Notes: generated from the sequence alone by a model not told the origin. A stretch of DNA of 63,062 bases, filler included, from Octopus bimaculoides (GCF_001194135.2; 6 parts of 6 records of this genome joined end to end with filler, not necessarily neighbours in it); one strand, 5' to 3'. Positions 25,001-38,712 are shown, counted from the first letter of the whole stretch. A program made the numbers and translations.

Positions 25001-26099
25001 CTTCACTTAAACATTTATTACTTGCAACTTTCACTGCTCCAGTCTCATCACAGACAATGTTATGAGTGACCAGGTTTGGTGCAAGGAAAGTTTTGGCACC
25101 ATTTTACAAATAACAAAATTTTAATTTTAATTTTCTTTATGTCTTTAGTCAGTAAGTGTTATTTTCTATTTGCTTCTATCAAGAAATCAAAGGAAATAAC
25201 TATTATTCCCTTCAAACTTTGCTTTTGAGACCTGGACATCAATGTTTTCAAACTGACCTATTTTCCATTACATTTCAGACAAATTCAGTGCTGAGTTGTT
25301 GAAGCAGAAATATCATTATAGCATATATTCTGCTCAACACCACAGATTTGCTTGTTGGTTGCTTGACCTTAACCACTTTAGCATGTCCCTTAGTGGCTGA
25401 CAATATGTGCATCTCTGATCATGAGCAGGAGTAGTGGGCAGTGGCAGCTCATAGATAAAATTAGTGAGGTTGCTGCTTCAGAAAATTTTTAGTCGTTGTT
25501 TTAATATTGTGCAAAAGGAAACAAACATATAAAAAGAATATTTATACATGAACTTAATCGGTTCGCATTTTAGCCACAGCCAGGTAGTGTGTTTAATTTG
25601 TTCACTGAATGCTGCTGCAAATTCCCCCTTGTTTTTCAAAAGTCCCCTCTAAATCACAAAATAAGGGTGGAAAATCTGCCCTATTTTTCAAATCTTGGCA
25701 GCAACACTGAAGCTGGAAGCAGGATAATAATCGAATTCTACACTTGTCACATTCAAGAATATAAACAGGTTTTAAGCATAACACACGTGGAGTCAAAAAG
25801 AAACACTACCTTTCACCAGTACTGCATGAATGACAATGCTCTCTCTCCTTAGCATGAAGCTTCCTATCTCAGACATGTGAGCATGTGCACAACAGTCAAA
25901 CACTGTGTCACTGGAACTGTGAAGCGCACAGTTCTATACAAGGATTTTTGTATTTTTTCATAAACAGGAAATGGCTAAAAAATTATATAATGTACAAGTA
26001 TAAAGAAAGAATTAAAGCTAAAAGGATTCATTATATTGAATGTTATCGATAGTATTGAGTGGAAATGGAGGGTGTGCAGTTTCGCAGTACCTATGCACA

Positions 26100-27800
26100 A
26101 GCTGCCACTGGTAGTGGGGGAGCATGATAGCCATGTATTGAGAGGGCTTCTTAGAGGTTTGAATAAATGTAACAAAAGCCAAGTTTGACGGAAATATTAA
26201 CCATTTTTCATACTTTCTAGGGGTAAGCAAACAGGAAATAACAGTTGTTACCCAAATGCAAAAATCGTGTTACACAGGAATTGTGTATATCTACAAAAAT
26301 GTTACCCTTTTCCTTGGCTGTAATTAGAAGCGTAGTTGCAGATGTAACTCGAAGAATCTGTGAACTGTCATTAGATAGAGAGATATTCTTTGTGGCTGCC
26401 TTCCATTGCAATGAGGCATTAGCGAGGACTGGATTCCCTGAGAAGTTAGCATATATGGAGGATACCACACCCTGCTCACAAACCCAAAGAAAGTCAGAAA
26501 GAGAAAGATAACTTGGTTCAGTCCTTTGTTTAACCTAGAAGTTTCAACCAGCATTGCTATAAGTATTGTAAACTTTTCAACACCCACATCAAGATCAGTT
26601 ACTTCTGCTTAGACAACACCGCTTCTGACATGCATGCTACAATTGACACAAGCACACACTTTCACAGCCCTCAATCCACACGTCAACAAATAACTACTGA
26701 AATTCTGCCAAGTGCCCACTAGGAGGATCCTGCTTCTCAATGTTTGATGTCAACAGAGCCCTCCACGCACTCCGATGGCATTCCAAGAATCTAGACAAGT
26801 GGTACTCAACTGGAGTGTACATGGCCCTTGGAGGTCCTTATACGATTTTGTAGTTAAAATGTATCTGCAATAAATCGGTTATACTTTTAAAATATACAAA
26901 ATATTTTAACAATTTTTCGATACAATTTCTGATACATATTTAATTATAAAAATATAATAGGAATTTTTAAAATATTGATTGTGATCCAAGTAAAATTGGA
27001 ATTAGAAGGGGTCTATAAGTAAATAAATGATTGAGAACCACTGCTCTAAATGGTCATGACAGCCACTAACTTCAAAGCAAGATATACACAGCATTTGCAC
27101 TCCTTCAGGTATGTAGATAGAGAAATCTTCCCCTCCCTGTCCCGATTTATTTGGAGACTCCATATCCACTGGAATGACTTCCCCAACATTGAATGGTGTA
27201 TCATTGACAGGCCCCACCGTTACCACCTGGAACTTGCAATTGCCAACTCTGCCTCCACCTGAGATAACACATCCACCACCAACCTACAGTATCCAGTAAC
27301 AGGAAAAATAAACTATCGTATTGTTGCCACCAGGTTAAATGTTCTGTTAATGAACTTCAAGCCACCGGCAGCCAACAATCCAAATATACCACCATATACA
27401 AGGGTACGGTATTTAACCTCTGCACCCGTGTAGATTACAGCTCCATCCATCCTAACTATCCTGCCTTAATTTTTGTTGATCTGGCACCACTGAAATGCTT
27501 TAACCTTGCATGACTAAATCCGATTACTCTCCCCAAAAGACTGTTGTCACTAAAGTGTTAGTTACTCGCTGACCTATGACGACATATGTGGCATCAAATG
27601 CAATGAACTAGTTTAGTTGCTAACTAAACTACACCGCAGCTTCCAGGCATAGTGGCGACAACTGTCTACCAACATCCTGCCCACACATGTGGGCCTAAGT
27701 ATAAAGACAACAAGCAATGTTGCTTCCAGACCAATAACACCACATGGGCTGACTTATCCAATCGAGGCTTAACATCTAGAAACCGTCTTGAATTTGTCTC
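26100..27800 (+). mobile_element. Degraded Penelope-like element (RT C-terminus, GIY-YIG)
   Basis: RRICELSLDREIF...ALARTGF; MTATNFKARYTQHLHSFR...LSRFIW; homologous to 31250-31950. Confidence 0.75.
26797..27043. mobile_element. hAT/Charlie-like MITE inserted in the Penelope GIY-YIG region
   Basis: agtggtactcaac ... ttgagaaccactg termini; flanks atctagac/ctctaaat resemble an NTCTARAN TSD. Confidence 0.6.
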
Positions 27801-28736
27801 ATATCCCTTTACACTCTCTATGAAACTTTAAGTTGCAGACAGCTAAGTCAAACATTATATAATATATATAAATATATATATATATATATATGTATGTATA
27901 NNNNNNNNNNNNNNNNNNNNNNNNNNNNNNNNNNNNNNNNNNNNNNNNNNNNNNNNNNNNNNNNNNNNNNNNNNNNNNNNNNNNNNNNNNNNNNNNNNNN
28001 NNNNNNNNNNNNNNNNNNNNNNNNNNNNNNNNNNNNNNNNNNNNNNNNNNNNNNNNNNNNNNNNNNNNNNNNNNNNNNNNNNNNNNNNNNNNNNNNNNNN
28101 NNNNNNNNNNNNNNNNNNNNNNNNNNNNNNNNNNNNNNNNNNNNNNNNNNNNNNNNNNNNNNNNNNNNNNNNNNNNNNNNNNNNNNNNNNNNNNNNNNNN
28201 NNNNNNNNNNNNNNNNNNNNNNNNNNNNNNNNNNNNNNNNNNNNNNNNNNNNNNNNNNNNNNNNNNNNNNNNNNNNNNNNNNNNNNNNNNNNNNNNNNNN
28301 NNNNNNNNNNNNNNNNNNNNNNNNNNNNNNNNNNNNNNNNNNNNNNNNNNNNNNNNNNNNNNNNNNNNNNNNNNNNNNNNNNNNNNNNNNNNNNNNNNNN
28401 NNNNNNNNNNNNNNNNNNNNNNNNNNNNNNNNNNNNNNNNNNNNNNNNNNNNNNNNNNNNNNNNNNNNNNNNNNNNNNNNNNNNNNNNNNNNNNNNNNNN
28501 NNNNNNNNNNNNNNNNNNNNNNNNNNNNNNNNNNNNNNNNNNNNNNNNNNNNNNNNNNNNNNNNNNNNNNNNNNNNNNNNNNNNNNNNNNNNNNNNNNNN
28601 NNNNNNNNNNNNNNNNNNNNNNNNNNNNNNNNNNNNNNNNNNNNNNNNNNNNNNNNNNNNNNNNNNNNNNNNNNNNNNNNNNNNNNNNNNNNNNNNNNNN
28701 NNNNNNNNNNNNNNNNNNNNNNNNNNNNNNNNNNNN

Positions 28737-28770
<34 letters not shown>

Positions 28771-28773
<3 letters not shown>

Positions 28774-29950
28774 ATGAAAACATTTTAATTCAAATTCGTT
28801 GGTACACTTGAGTTTCAAGCATGATGCTAGTCCTCAGTCATGAAGAGTTTGAATGACAGAAGTTGATTGTTATCACTATAAAGTGGACTGTGATTGGTCA
28901 AGGAAGGTCATGTGGTGTCGTGGTTTGATGCTGGTTTATGGGTAACAGTCAGCTGGAAAATACCACATGGTGAACAGGAAATTGACCACGTCGAGGACAG
29001 AAAATAGACTATGTGACAATTAGGAAATGGGCCAGGTTGTTGGAGAGGGAGAAGTAGGAAGGGGCAGCATGTACAAATATATAGTTCTATAAGTAGTTTT
29101 GCGTGCATGTGTATATTGATGCAAACATATGTATATTGATGCAAGCATGTGCATCTGTACATGGGTGCACATTCACACGTATGCACACACACACAGGCTT
29201 GGATGAACACATGTGCACACACACATACACACACACATGCATGCACATACATGCACACACACATGCATATTCATTCATATGTACATATGTATATTCACAT
29301 GCACATATGCATGCATACCAGTGTCTTCACATACATGTATGTGCACATGTGCATTTGCACACATACTTGCATGAGTATACACCTGCAAAACAAGCGTTGG
29401 GGATTATTAAGCGATAGGAATTGGTAAGCGTTGGGGATTGGTATGCGTTGGGGGTTGGTAAAGTTGGGGATTGGTAGGTGGTGGTCCTGCTTATAGGGTT
29501 GGTTGGTAGCAGTGACCTTCGCGCAGGCAGTGCAGAGTAGCAACTGGTGCTAAGATGGTATATCCATGTTATCGGCAGTCAGAGTCCTGAAATTTGCCAG
29601 AAGGGCATACCTCTGGTGACAGCAGTATGATAAATCGTATTTCTTGTTGATGGATCCTGCAGGTTGTTGGAGGATATGCAATTTTTCACAGTTGGGGGCT
29701 CCAGGTGAATATGGTGAATAGTCCACTTTATGCTGGGTATTTCATCTCGGAGATCACGGAGTCTCCAGAGAAAACGAGACAGGGAAGTAGAGTTCTCTCT
29801 GTCCCTGGATCTGAACAAGTGCATATGCTGGGAATATCTTCGCTTGAAGTCATTAGCTGTCATACCCGTACAGTGCCTAGTAATGCCATTGGATGGTGTA
29901 AGGGTGTGGTTCTGTATACTGCAATCTTTGAGAGGCACAGGGTGGGGTTT
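28771..29950 (-). mobile_element. Inverted duplicate (pseudo-LTR-like) of the 3' part of the adjacent Penelope
   Basis: Reverse complement of ~31520-32680, including GIY-YIG coding sequence, the CA-rich tract and the terminal hammerhead-like motif. Confidence 0.85.
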
Positions 29951-29989
29951 TAGAAGTTGCAGGTTGGGGTTGGGGTTGGGGTTGGTGAA

Positions 29990-32680
29990 TTTTTATATCT
30001 GTTTATGCATTTGCAATGAAGAGACAACCGCTACTGTACTTGTTGAGGAATATCCAAATACCTCCAAGGAAGATCAACTTGACGCGATTTACAGAGAAGA
30101 CAGAAAGTGTCATCAAATGCATGCACTTGGAGGCTTTCTTCTGTGAGAATTCATCCACCACTACATCTACAGATAAATTCGGCTTCAAATCCCGAAAGTG
30201 CACCCCATGTATGAAAGGCCTTGAGAACTTTGAGACCGACCTAAGGAGCATTGTAAAGAAGGTAAGGTTTTGGCATTATTCTAATCCCTTCCATAAATGA
30301 CGATGACCAGCATTAAGCAATCGTCCAACATATACACCATTGCAGACAAAACAAAGAACATTTATGAAATGAACACTTCCACACACTCAAGACTACTTAT
30401 AAGTGCCATCACCAAAACATACAAGAAAACCCTTTTTTTCACATACAATGATGTAAACACAGAAGCAAAGGAGCTAGCCACCCACCTTAATATCAGGGAT
30501 CACGTGGACTGCCTTAGTACGTGACCCCTCCCCCCATTTCCTATTACGCTTAAGGACTATAAGCCTAACTTCCACTCTAATCCCAAATGCAGGTTGATCA
30601 ACCCCTCTAAAAGTGAGATAGGTATTATTAGCAAACGCATTCTTGATACTATCAACTCTGATATCAGAAGAGCTACAGGGTTTTGCAGTATCAAGAATAA
30701 ATCAGCTTGTAGATTCACCCAGTTGGACTTTGTCTACTTCTACCCTTCCATATTTAATCCCTTCCTTCTGAAGGCCCTAACTTTTGCTGAGCAATATACC
30801 AACATTAGTGACCTTGATATCAGAATTATCATGAATGCTAGGAAGTCAATTCTGGCCCACAACGATTCATTCTGGCTAAAAAAGAAGGCAATCCATTGTT
30901 CAATGTTTCTATGGGGAGCTTTGACAAGGTTGAAATCATAGACCTCATCGGGTTATACATCTTGGATACTCTCAAGAGACATACCCACCAACACAGATTG
31001 GCCTTCTATTAGGACGACATCCTGGCTATCTCAAGCCATATGAACATCCACACCATGGAGAGGTTCAGGAAGGACTTGGTAAAAATATTTAAGGAGTTTG
31101 GCTTGTCCATAAGGATTACCACCAACCTGATTATGGTCGATTTCTTGGACGTAACCTTAGACCTCAGTACAGGCAAGTATTACCCATACAGGAAGCCTAA
31201 TGAAGATGCAGTATACAGCCACAAAAGCTCAAAACCATCCCCCACCCCACTGTAATTAGAAACCTGGCTTGGAGCAAGTTTACTGAGAAGCTGATGTATG
31301 TAGACAACCCCCAAACACCCTCTCTTCACTCCAAAAGGATTAGGAGGAGGAAAATTATATGGTATAACCCCCTTTCAACCTAGAAGTTTCCACCAACATA
31401 GCTAATTAAGAAACACTTCCCCAGAGGCCATAAGTATTACAAGCTCTTTAACCACCATAATGTCAAGGTGAGATACTCCTGCTTAGACAACATTGCATCT
31501 AACATCGCATGCATCAACAGATGTAAAAATGCACCCACACCATCCCCAACCACAACCTGCAACTGCTGAAACTCCACTAGTATACAGAGCCACACCCTCA
31601 CACCATCCGATGGCATTACTAAGCACTATATGGATATGACAGCCAATGACTTCAAGGGAAGATACTCCCAGTATATACACTCGTTCAGATCCAGGGACAG
31701 AGAGAACTCTACTTCCCTGTCTCGGTTTCTTTGGAGATTCCATGATCTCCCATATGAAATATCCAGCATCAAGTGGACTATTGTTGATAGAGCGCCACCA
31801 TATTCACCTGGCGCCCGCAACTGCCAGCTCTTCCTCCACAAAAAACTGCATATCCTCCAACAACCTGCAGGATCCCTCAACAAGAAATGCGACTTATCAT
31901 ACTGCTGTCACCAGAGGTATGCCCTTCTGGCAAATTTCAGGCCTCTGACTGCCAACAACCCGGATATACCACCTTAGCACTAGCTGCTACTCTGCACCGC
32001 CTGCACCAAGGTTGTCACTACCAACCAACCCCATGAGCAGGACTGCCATTTACCAATCCCCAACATTTACCAACCCCCAATACATACCAGCCCCCAATGC
32101 TTACCAGTTCCTAATGCTTATCACGAATGTGCATGTGTGTGTGTGCATGCACACTGGTATGCATGCACATATACATATGTACATAAGAAAGAATGTACAT
32201 GTGCATGTGTATTTATGTATGTGTGTGCGCGTTTGTCCAAGCATGTGTGTGTGTGTGCAAACGTGCACATATGTGCCCATGTACATATGTGCACATTTGC
32301 ATCAATATACACATGCACGCAAAACTATATGAGCGTAATTACACACCAACATATATAACTATATACTTGCACATGCCACCCCTTCCTACTTCCCCCACCA
32401 ACAACCTGACCCCTGACCCATTTCCTAATTGTCACGTAGTCTATTTCCTGTCCTGCACGTGTTGAATTTCCTGTTCACCAAGCAGTATTTTCCAACTAAC
32501 TATTACAATTATACCAACATCAAACCATGACACCGCATGACCTTCCTCAACCAATTGCAGCCCGTCTTACGGTGATAACAATCAACTTCTGTCATTCAAA
32601 TTCAACATGGCTGACAACTAGCATCATACTTGAAACTCAAGAGTACCAACGAATTTGAATTAAACTGTTTTCATGCATAC
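29990..32680 (+). pseudogene. Penelope-like retroelement, frameshifted RT plus GIY-YIG ORF and 3' region
   Basis: FGFKSRKC; ADKTKNIYEM; LINPSKSEIGIISKRILD; FYPSI; FLDVTLDLSTGKYYPYRKPN; LVYRA...MTANDFKGRY. Confidence 0.9.
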
Positions 32681-32733
32681 ATGTAACTTCCGCTAAATTG
32701 GTTGAGTGCCCTTCTTTCATTTGTCCACTCACT

Positions 32734-32767
<34 letters not shown>

Positions 32768-32770
<3 letters not shown>

Positions 32771-33288
32771 CAGAATGAGATAAAAAATCCAAGGCTGTGA
32801 AAGATTTCAGAACATTTTTAAAGAGAAGGTCTTACAGCTGTTTCCAGGATATTTTATATATCCCTTCATCGGAGACGGTGCAAGAAAAAGGTTAGACAAT
32901 AGTTATTCTAGAGAAGATATGAAATGGAGAGTGAAGTGGAGGAATGAAAACAGACGTGAGATATGCAGGGATATTATATCTGCAGTTCCATTATTGAAGC
33001 AGAATGGTGTATATATAAGTACATAAGGTACAGGAAACTGATATGTATACCATTCTGCTTCAATAATGGAACTGCAAATATAATATCCCTGCATATCTCA
33101 CATCTGTTTTCATTCCTCCACTTCACTCTCTATTTCATATCTTCTCTAGAATAACTATTGCCTAACCTTTTTCTTGCACCGTCTCCGATGAAGGGATATA
33201 TAAAATATCCTGGAAACAGCTGTAAGACCTTTTCTTTATAAATGTTCTGAAATCTTTCACAGCCTTGGATTTTTATCTCATTCTGTTA
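32768..33288. mobile_element. Near-perfect ~520-bp palindrome with a hammerhead-like motif in each arm
   Basis: 32768-33016 is the reverse complement of 33041-33288 with few mismatches. Motifs at 32829-32876 (-) and 33181-33228 (+) are identical. Confidence 0.9.
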
Positions 33289-33441
33289 ATTTTATATATA
33301 TATGCACACTAATATATGACCTATGTTGAACTCTCCATTCACATAATCACCAAACCTGGAGCTTAACTATAATCTGTCCATGGCACTTACTTAGCATTAC
33401 CTGACACCTTTGCGTTTTCTTGACACCATTACCTTTCATAA

Positions 33442-33487
<46 letters not shown>

Positions 33488-33491
33488 TATG

Positions 33492-33836
33492 TATACTGTA
33501 TTTTGAAATAATAGCATGAAATTTAATATCAAAAAAATTTCTCACGAAGATATATGTGTCTAAAATAGTATTATATTAAATATATATGTAAATATATGAA
33601 ACATGACAGTTTAAAAATTTGTTAATTGATGCATCTTACGATTGTTTCACAAAAGTATAATCGTTTGTGTATCAATAATGGATTCCATTATAATGATAAT
33701 ACTTTCGTGAAATGATCGTAAGATGCATTAATTAGCAAATTCTTAAACTGTCATGTTTCATATATTTCCATATTTTTTTAAATTACTATTTTAGACACAT
33801 ATATCTATTCATGCTATTATTTCAAAATACAGTATA
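33492..33836. mobile_element. AT-rich foldback MITE
   Basis: tatactgtattttgaaataatagcatgaa / ttcatgctattatttcaaaatacagtata; inner arms 33593-33658 and 33699-33766. Confidence 0.75.
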
Positions 33837-34695
33837 TATAGTCACTCGTATTAATGTCTAAATACTTTATAGTATTAATATTTTTGACTCTTACACAAAG
33901 AGCACTCATTATAAAATCAGTGTATAATATTCTAACAGAATATATTTAATTAATTATACATACATATATACTTATCCATACATACATACATATCTACANN
34001 NNNNNNNNTGTGGGAGTTGCAACGTAAACAGACAGGGACTCCAAAAGGGGGAAAAATGTAAATCCCTAGTATTGATATGACATAGTTTTTAAACTTGTAT
34101 CTGAAAAAGAAGAAAAAATGTGACTAGATTCTTCTTTAAAGCTGTTTCAAAAATAACTGCATAATTGGTACAGTTCTCTGCATGTTGCCGCTATCCTGCA
34201 TTCTGGCAGCAACAAATTATTAAACGTAAATATTGAATCTTTATTTTTTTTCCACTTACTACATTTGTCCAATAATTATAGCTGTCTGCAATCAAGAAAT
34301 GCATATCTCTGAAATATATTCCTTGCCTGCTTTATTTATATTATTGATTATAAACTACCAAGTTCATTAATTTAATATTTATCACATGCCTACACATAGA
34401 GGGCTAAAGATGCCCTTTGGTCATGAATGACCATGGGATTGCACCTGAGGCACAAGTCCAGGTAAGGTTGCTTTGTGAAAGATCAGATATGTATGTATGT
34501 GTGCATGTGTGTATGTATGTGTGCATGTGTGTGCGTGTATGTGTGGTACATGAAAGACAGTAGATATGAGAATTTTTATTAATCCCGACGATTGTCTCGA
34601 CACATCTAGAATCAATTACTCACAGGTAGGATGCTTAACACTAGTTCAGAAGCATCCGATGGTGCAGATATGTCCCTCTTCAGATGCTAAATAAA

Positions 34696-34855
34696 GCACA
34701 GGCATGGTTGTAAGGTAAGAAACTTGCTTCCCAACCACATGCTTCCATGTTCAGTCCCATTGCATACCTTGGTCGAGTGCTTTTAACTACAGCCTTGGTC
34801 CAACCAAAGCCTTGTGCGTGAATTTGGTAGACAAAAACTGAAAAAACCCATCATG
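34696..34855 (+). mobile_element. SINE family A, diverged
   Basis: Similarity to the other family A copies. Confidence 0.65.
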
Positions 34856-34871
34856 TACTTATATATATATA

Positions 34872-34902
<31 letters not shown>

Positions 34903-35127
34903 NNNNNNNNNNNNNNNNNNNNNNNNNNNNNNNNNNNNNNNNNNNNTTAATTAATTAANNNNNNNNNNNNNNNNNNNNNNNNNNNNNNNNNNNNNNNNNN
35001 NNGACTGTATTTCTCCGTCTGTCTGTATCACTTTCTTATGTATGTATGTATGTATGTATGTATGTATGTATGTATGTATGTATGTATGCATATGTATGCA
35101 TATGTATGTATATGCAAGTGTGTATGA

Positions 35128-35190
<63 letters not shown>

Positions 35191-35253
35191 CATCTATCTA
35201 TCTATCTATCTAAAATACTCACACACACACAAACACACACATATATATGCATA

Positions 35254-35467
35254 TACAGGGTATCCACAAAGTCTTGGTACATGGAGATTAACACATACTT
35301 TAAGAAATTATCATTTCTTATATTTAATTGTTTGTGTTATGATTTTATTTACTTCATGTACCCACATGGGGATTAACATATACTTTAAGAAATTATAATT
35401 TCATATATTTAATTGTTTATGCTCTGATTTTATTTACTCCATGTACCCAGACCTTGTGGACACCCTG
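35254..35467. mobile_element. Tc1/mariner-type MITE with an internal ~85-bp tandem duplication
   Basis: TA-cagggtatccacaaagtct ... agaccttgtggacaccctg; two internal units gtacatggagattaac...catgtacc. Confidence 0.75.
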
Positions 35468-36049
35468 CATATAAGTTCTTGTATTTGTTTATGTGTGCAT
35501 GCGTGTACCTGTACATCTATGTGTGTGATCGAATACTTTGTGCCACACACAAACACACACACGCATGCCAATTACTTATCTTTTGTGAGGTGTAACATTG
35601 ACTGAGTTATGTAATGGTAGAATCGATAGAAAATTTGAAAAAACTGAATTCGGTGAATCAATTCCATTATGTTAGTTCACGTGTTCAAATCCCGTCTAAG
35701 TAAATTTCCTATTTAGTTTTATAATCTACTTAAAAATAACTACTTAGGTCATCATACTCGGCTAATTTTTTACTATGACTCTCTACTAGATATGTTTATG
35801 ATAATAGTAATAATAATAATAATTATTATTGTTGTTGTTGTTATTGTTTCTTTACCTTCGTGAAGAGTAACTTCAATCTTGAAATATTATTATTAAAATT
35901 TATTATTATCATTATTGAGTGAGAGAGCAGTGCATGCCATCAAAGTGACACTGGGGTAAAATATACGAAGCCCAGTGTACCCATCATGACTACCCGTCTG
36001 ATAAGGGTACACCAGGCACATGCATCACATGCATCACGAAGAACAATAT

Positions 36050-36400
36050 GCTTAGCGATAGTTCGTTCGTCTTTTTCTTTCTAAGTCCAAATTCCGCCGA
36101 GGTCGACTTAGCCTTTCATCTTTTCCTGGGTCGATAAAATAACTACCAGTTGAACACTGGGGTCGATGTAATCGACTTATCCTCTCCCTCGAAATTGCTG
36201 GCCTTGTGTCAAAATTTGAAATCATCATTATCATTATTATTTTTATTGAGTTCAAATTTTCGTCGAGGTCGACTTTACCTTTCATCCTTCTGGGATCGAT
36301 AAAATAAGTTCTATCGACCTTGCATATCATCCTTCCGGGGTCGATAAAATCGACTTAATCCCTCCTCTGAAATTTCTGGTTTTGTGCCAAAATTTGGAAC
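36050..36400 (+). mobile_element. SINE family D, tandem partial copies
   Basis: aattccgccgaggtcgact...cctttcatc...gggtcgataaaat...ggccttgtg. Confidence 0.75.
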
Positions 36401-36429
36401 CACACTTAGAATATCCCCACGTGCTCACA

Positions 36430-37405
36430 GCCATTTACCAGTCGGGTAATAGGATCGGTAGATGTTCCGATTTAGAAATTTATAGAGGATTAGTGGCGGC
36501 GAAGTGTGATGACGTTCTCGGGGAGACTCTGGTTGCCGACGAGAACGAACTGGCTAGTCTGTTCCGGAGGGCTTTCTGGTCGGGAACTATCATGGATAGT
36601 TTCCAGGTGTTCTTGGTCTGGCAGTGTTACCGGGGTGTGGGGCGCTACCGGTTCGGGATAAACTCTACAGACGGACTTGTCCGAGGTGTGCGCAGAGTGA
36701 CGAAACCGTTCTGCATGCCCTCTTTCAGTGTCCGGGCATTGCTGACTTGTGGGGTTATGTCGAAAGCTGCTGTCACGTGTAGGACGGATCCGTCTGTCAG
36801 CCGAGTCTGTAGTAATGATCACACTACCGCCCTCCATCAATCGAACAGGCAAAGCAGTTTGCCTTTGCCTGGTGTGTGCGGCGAAAGAGGTTGTTTGGTG
36901 GACAAGGCTTAAAGGGATGAGGACAGATACATTCCTCTTTGGTAGAGTTCTCATTGACTTCTTCAAGGTTCACTTGAAAAGGAAAGTGAGTGTGGAGTGG
37001 GAGGTGATGTCCTCGAGTGAGTTTATTGAAAGGTGGGTGAAAGTTTCGAAAATGGCAAGAGTGGATGGCACCTCTCTAAGTGTAGACGTGTGAGTCGGAG
37101 AGAAGGAATTGGAGAGGGCACTTGCTCTTTGGGTTTCAGGGAAACCCCGGACAGTGGGGTTCTTCGATTATCCCTAGAGGCCTTCCTGTATCAGAAGGGC
37201 CATATCATCCTCCCCGCCACATTTTTTTAAACCTCTGTATGCTATGAATATGTCCCTTCTTTTTCAGTGTATACTGTGTGTACTTAATTTCTTTCTTTCC
37301 TTTTTTTCTATCATTTCATTATATGTAAACCCCGACACTTTATGTCTGCCTTCGTATTGTCTCCCTCATCATTCGCCCTTGTGGCAAATAAATGAAATCA
37401 TCACC

Positions 37406-37455
<50 letters not shown>

Positions 37456-37460
37456 TATTA
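36430..37460 (+). mobile_element. 5'-truncated L1/Tx1-like LINE 3' end with (AAT)n tail
   Basis: EIYRGLV...VWQCYRG; LLSRVGRIRLSAES...AKEVVWWTRLKG...FFKVHLKRK...FIERW; pyrimidine-rich UTR then (AAT)n. Confidence 0.65.
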
Positions 37461-37491
37461 TTATTAACAACCATTTAAAATTATATGTATA

Positions 37492-37527
<36 letters not shown>

Positions 37528-37620
37528 NNNNNNNNNNNNNNNNNNNNNNNNNNNNNNNNNNNNNNNNNNNNNNNNNNNNNNNNNNNNNNNNNNNNNNNNN
37601 NNNNNNNNNNNNNNNNNNNN

Positions 37621-37661
<41 letters not shown>

Positions 37662-37675
37662 TATATATATATATA

Positions 37676-37709
<34 letters not shown>

Positions 37710-37772
37710 TTTATTATTTAATTGAACGCGAAGCATCCATTTCCACGTATACATATTTATATATATATATAC

Positions 37773-37937
37773 ACGACGGGCTTCTTTCAGTTTCCGTCTA
37801 CCAAATTCACTCACAAGGGTTTGGTCGGCTCGAGGCTATAACAGAGGATACTTAACCAAGGTGCCACGCAGTGGGACTGAACCCGAGACTATGTGGTTGG
37901 GAAGCAAGCTTCTCACCACACAGCCTTACCTACACCT
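37773..37937 (-). mobile_element. SINE family A
   Basis: Matches 11893-12057. Confidence 0.85.
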
Positions 37938-38297
37938 TATTTATATTCAATGTTTGTGCTACACATTAACTGTTTCCTTCCATCAAATGTTGAAATGATG
38001 GTAGAGCAACATATAGATAAATAGATAGACAGATAGATAGAGCAACGTGAAATGAAGTGTTTTGCACAAGAACACAGTATTTTGCCCAGTCTGGGAATCG
38101 AAACCACGATCTTCTGATCGTGGGTGCAACACCCCCAACGATTAGTCCGTGGGCCGTCATTAGAGTTACATTATAACAACAACAACAACTCATACCAGTA
38201 CAGAATTTGAGAAAACTTTTTAAATATATTTAATGTCTCCGATTTTAAATCTGAAGTAAAACCCGAATAGGTTTTTGATGGATTTATTTTATTATTT

Positions 38298-38600
38298 ATG
38301 CGCCCTTTCAAAGCCTAGCCAGGCGCATGGGTCCGGTGTCCCGGTTTCTATGGCGTATGTGCTCCTCCCAGATAGAAGGGACGCAAGTCCATCGGAGCGT
38401 TACTCAAGAAACAGGAAGAAAGAGTGAGAGAAAGTTGGGGCGAAAGAGTACAACAGGGGTCGCCACCACCCCCTGCCGGAGCCTCGTGGAGCTTAGGTGT
38501 TTTCGCTCAATAAACACTCAAAACGCCCGGTCATGGAATCGAAACCGCAATCCTCCGTCCGCGAGTCCGCTGCCCTAACCACTCGGCCATTGCGCCTCCA
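38298..38600 (-). mobile_element. tRNA-derived SINE family B
   Basis: Reverse complement of ggaggcgcaatggccgagtggttagggc... head; homologous to 56629-56930. Confidence 0.85.
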
Positions 38601-38668
38601 CGGTTTCTGATGGCGGATCACCTATATCTTAGATAAGACTTAACACTTTTAATGTACCAACTACGCTT

Positions 38669-38712
<44 letters not shown>

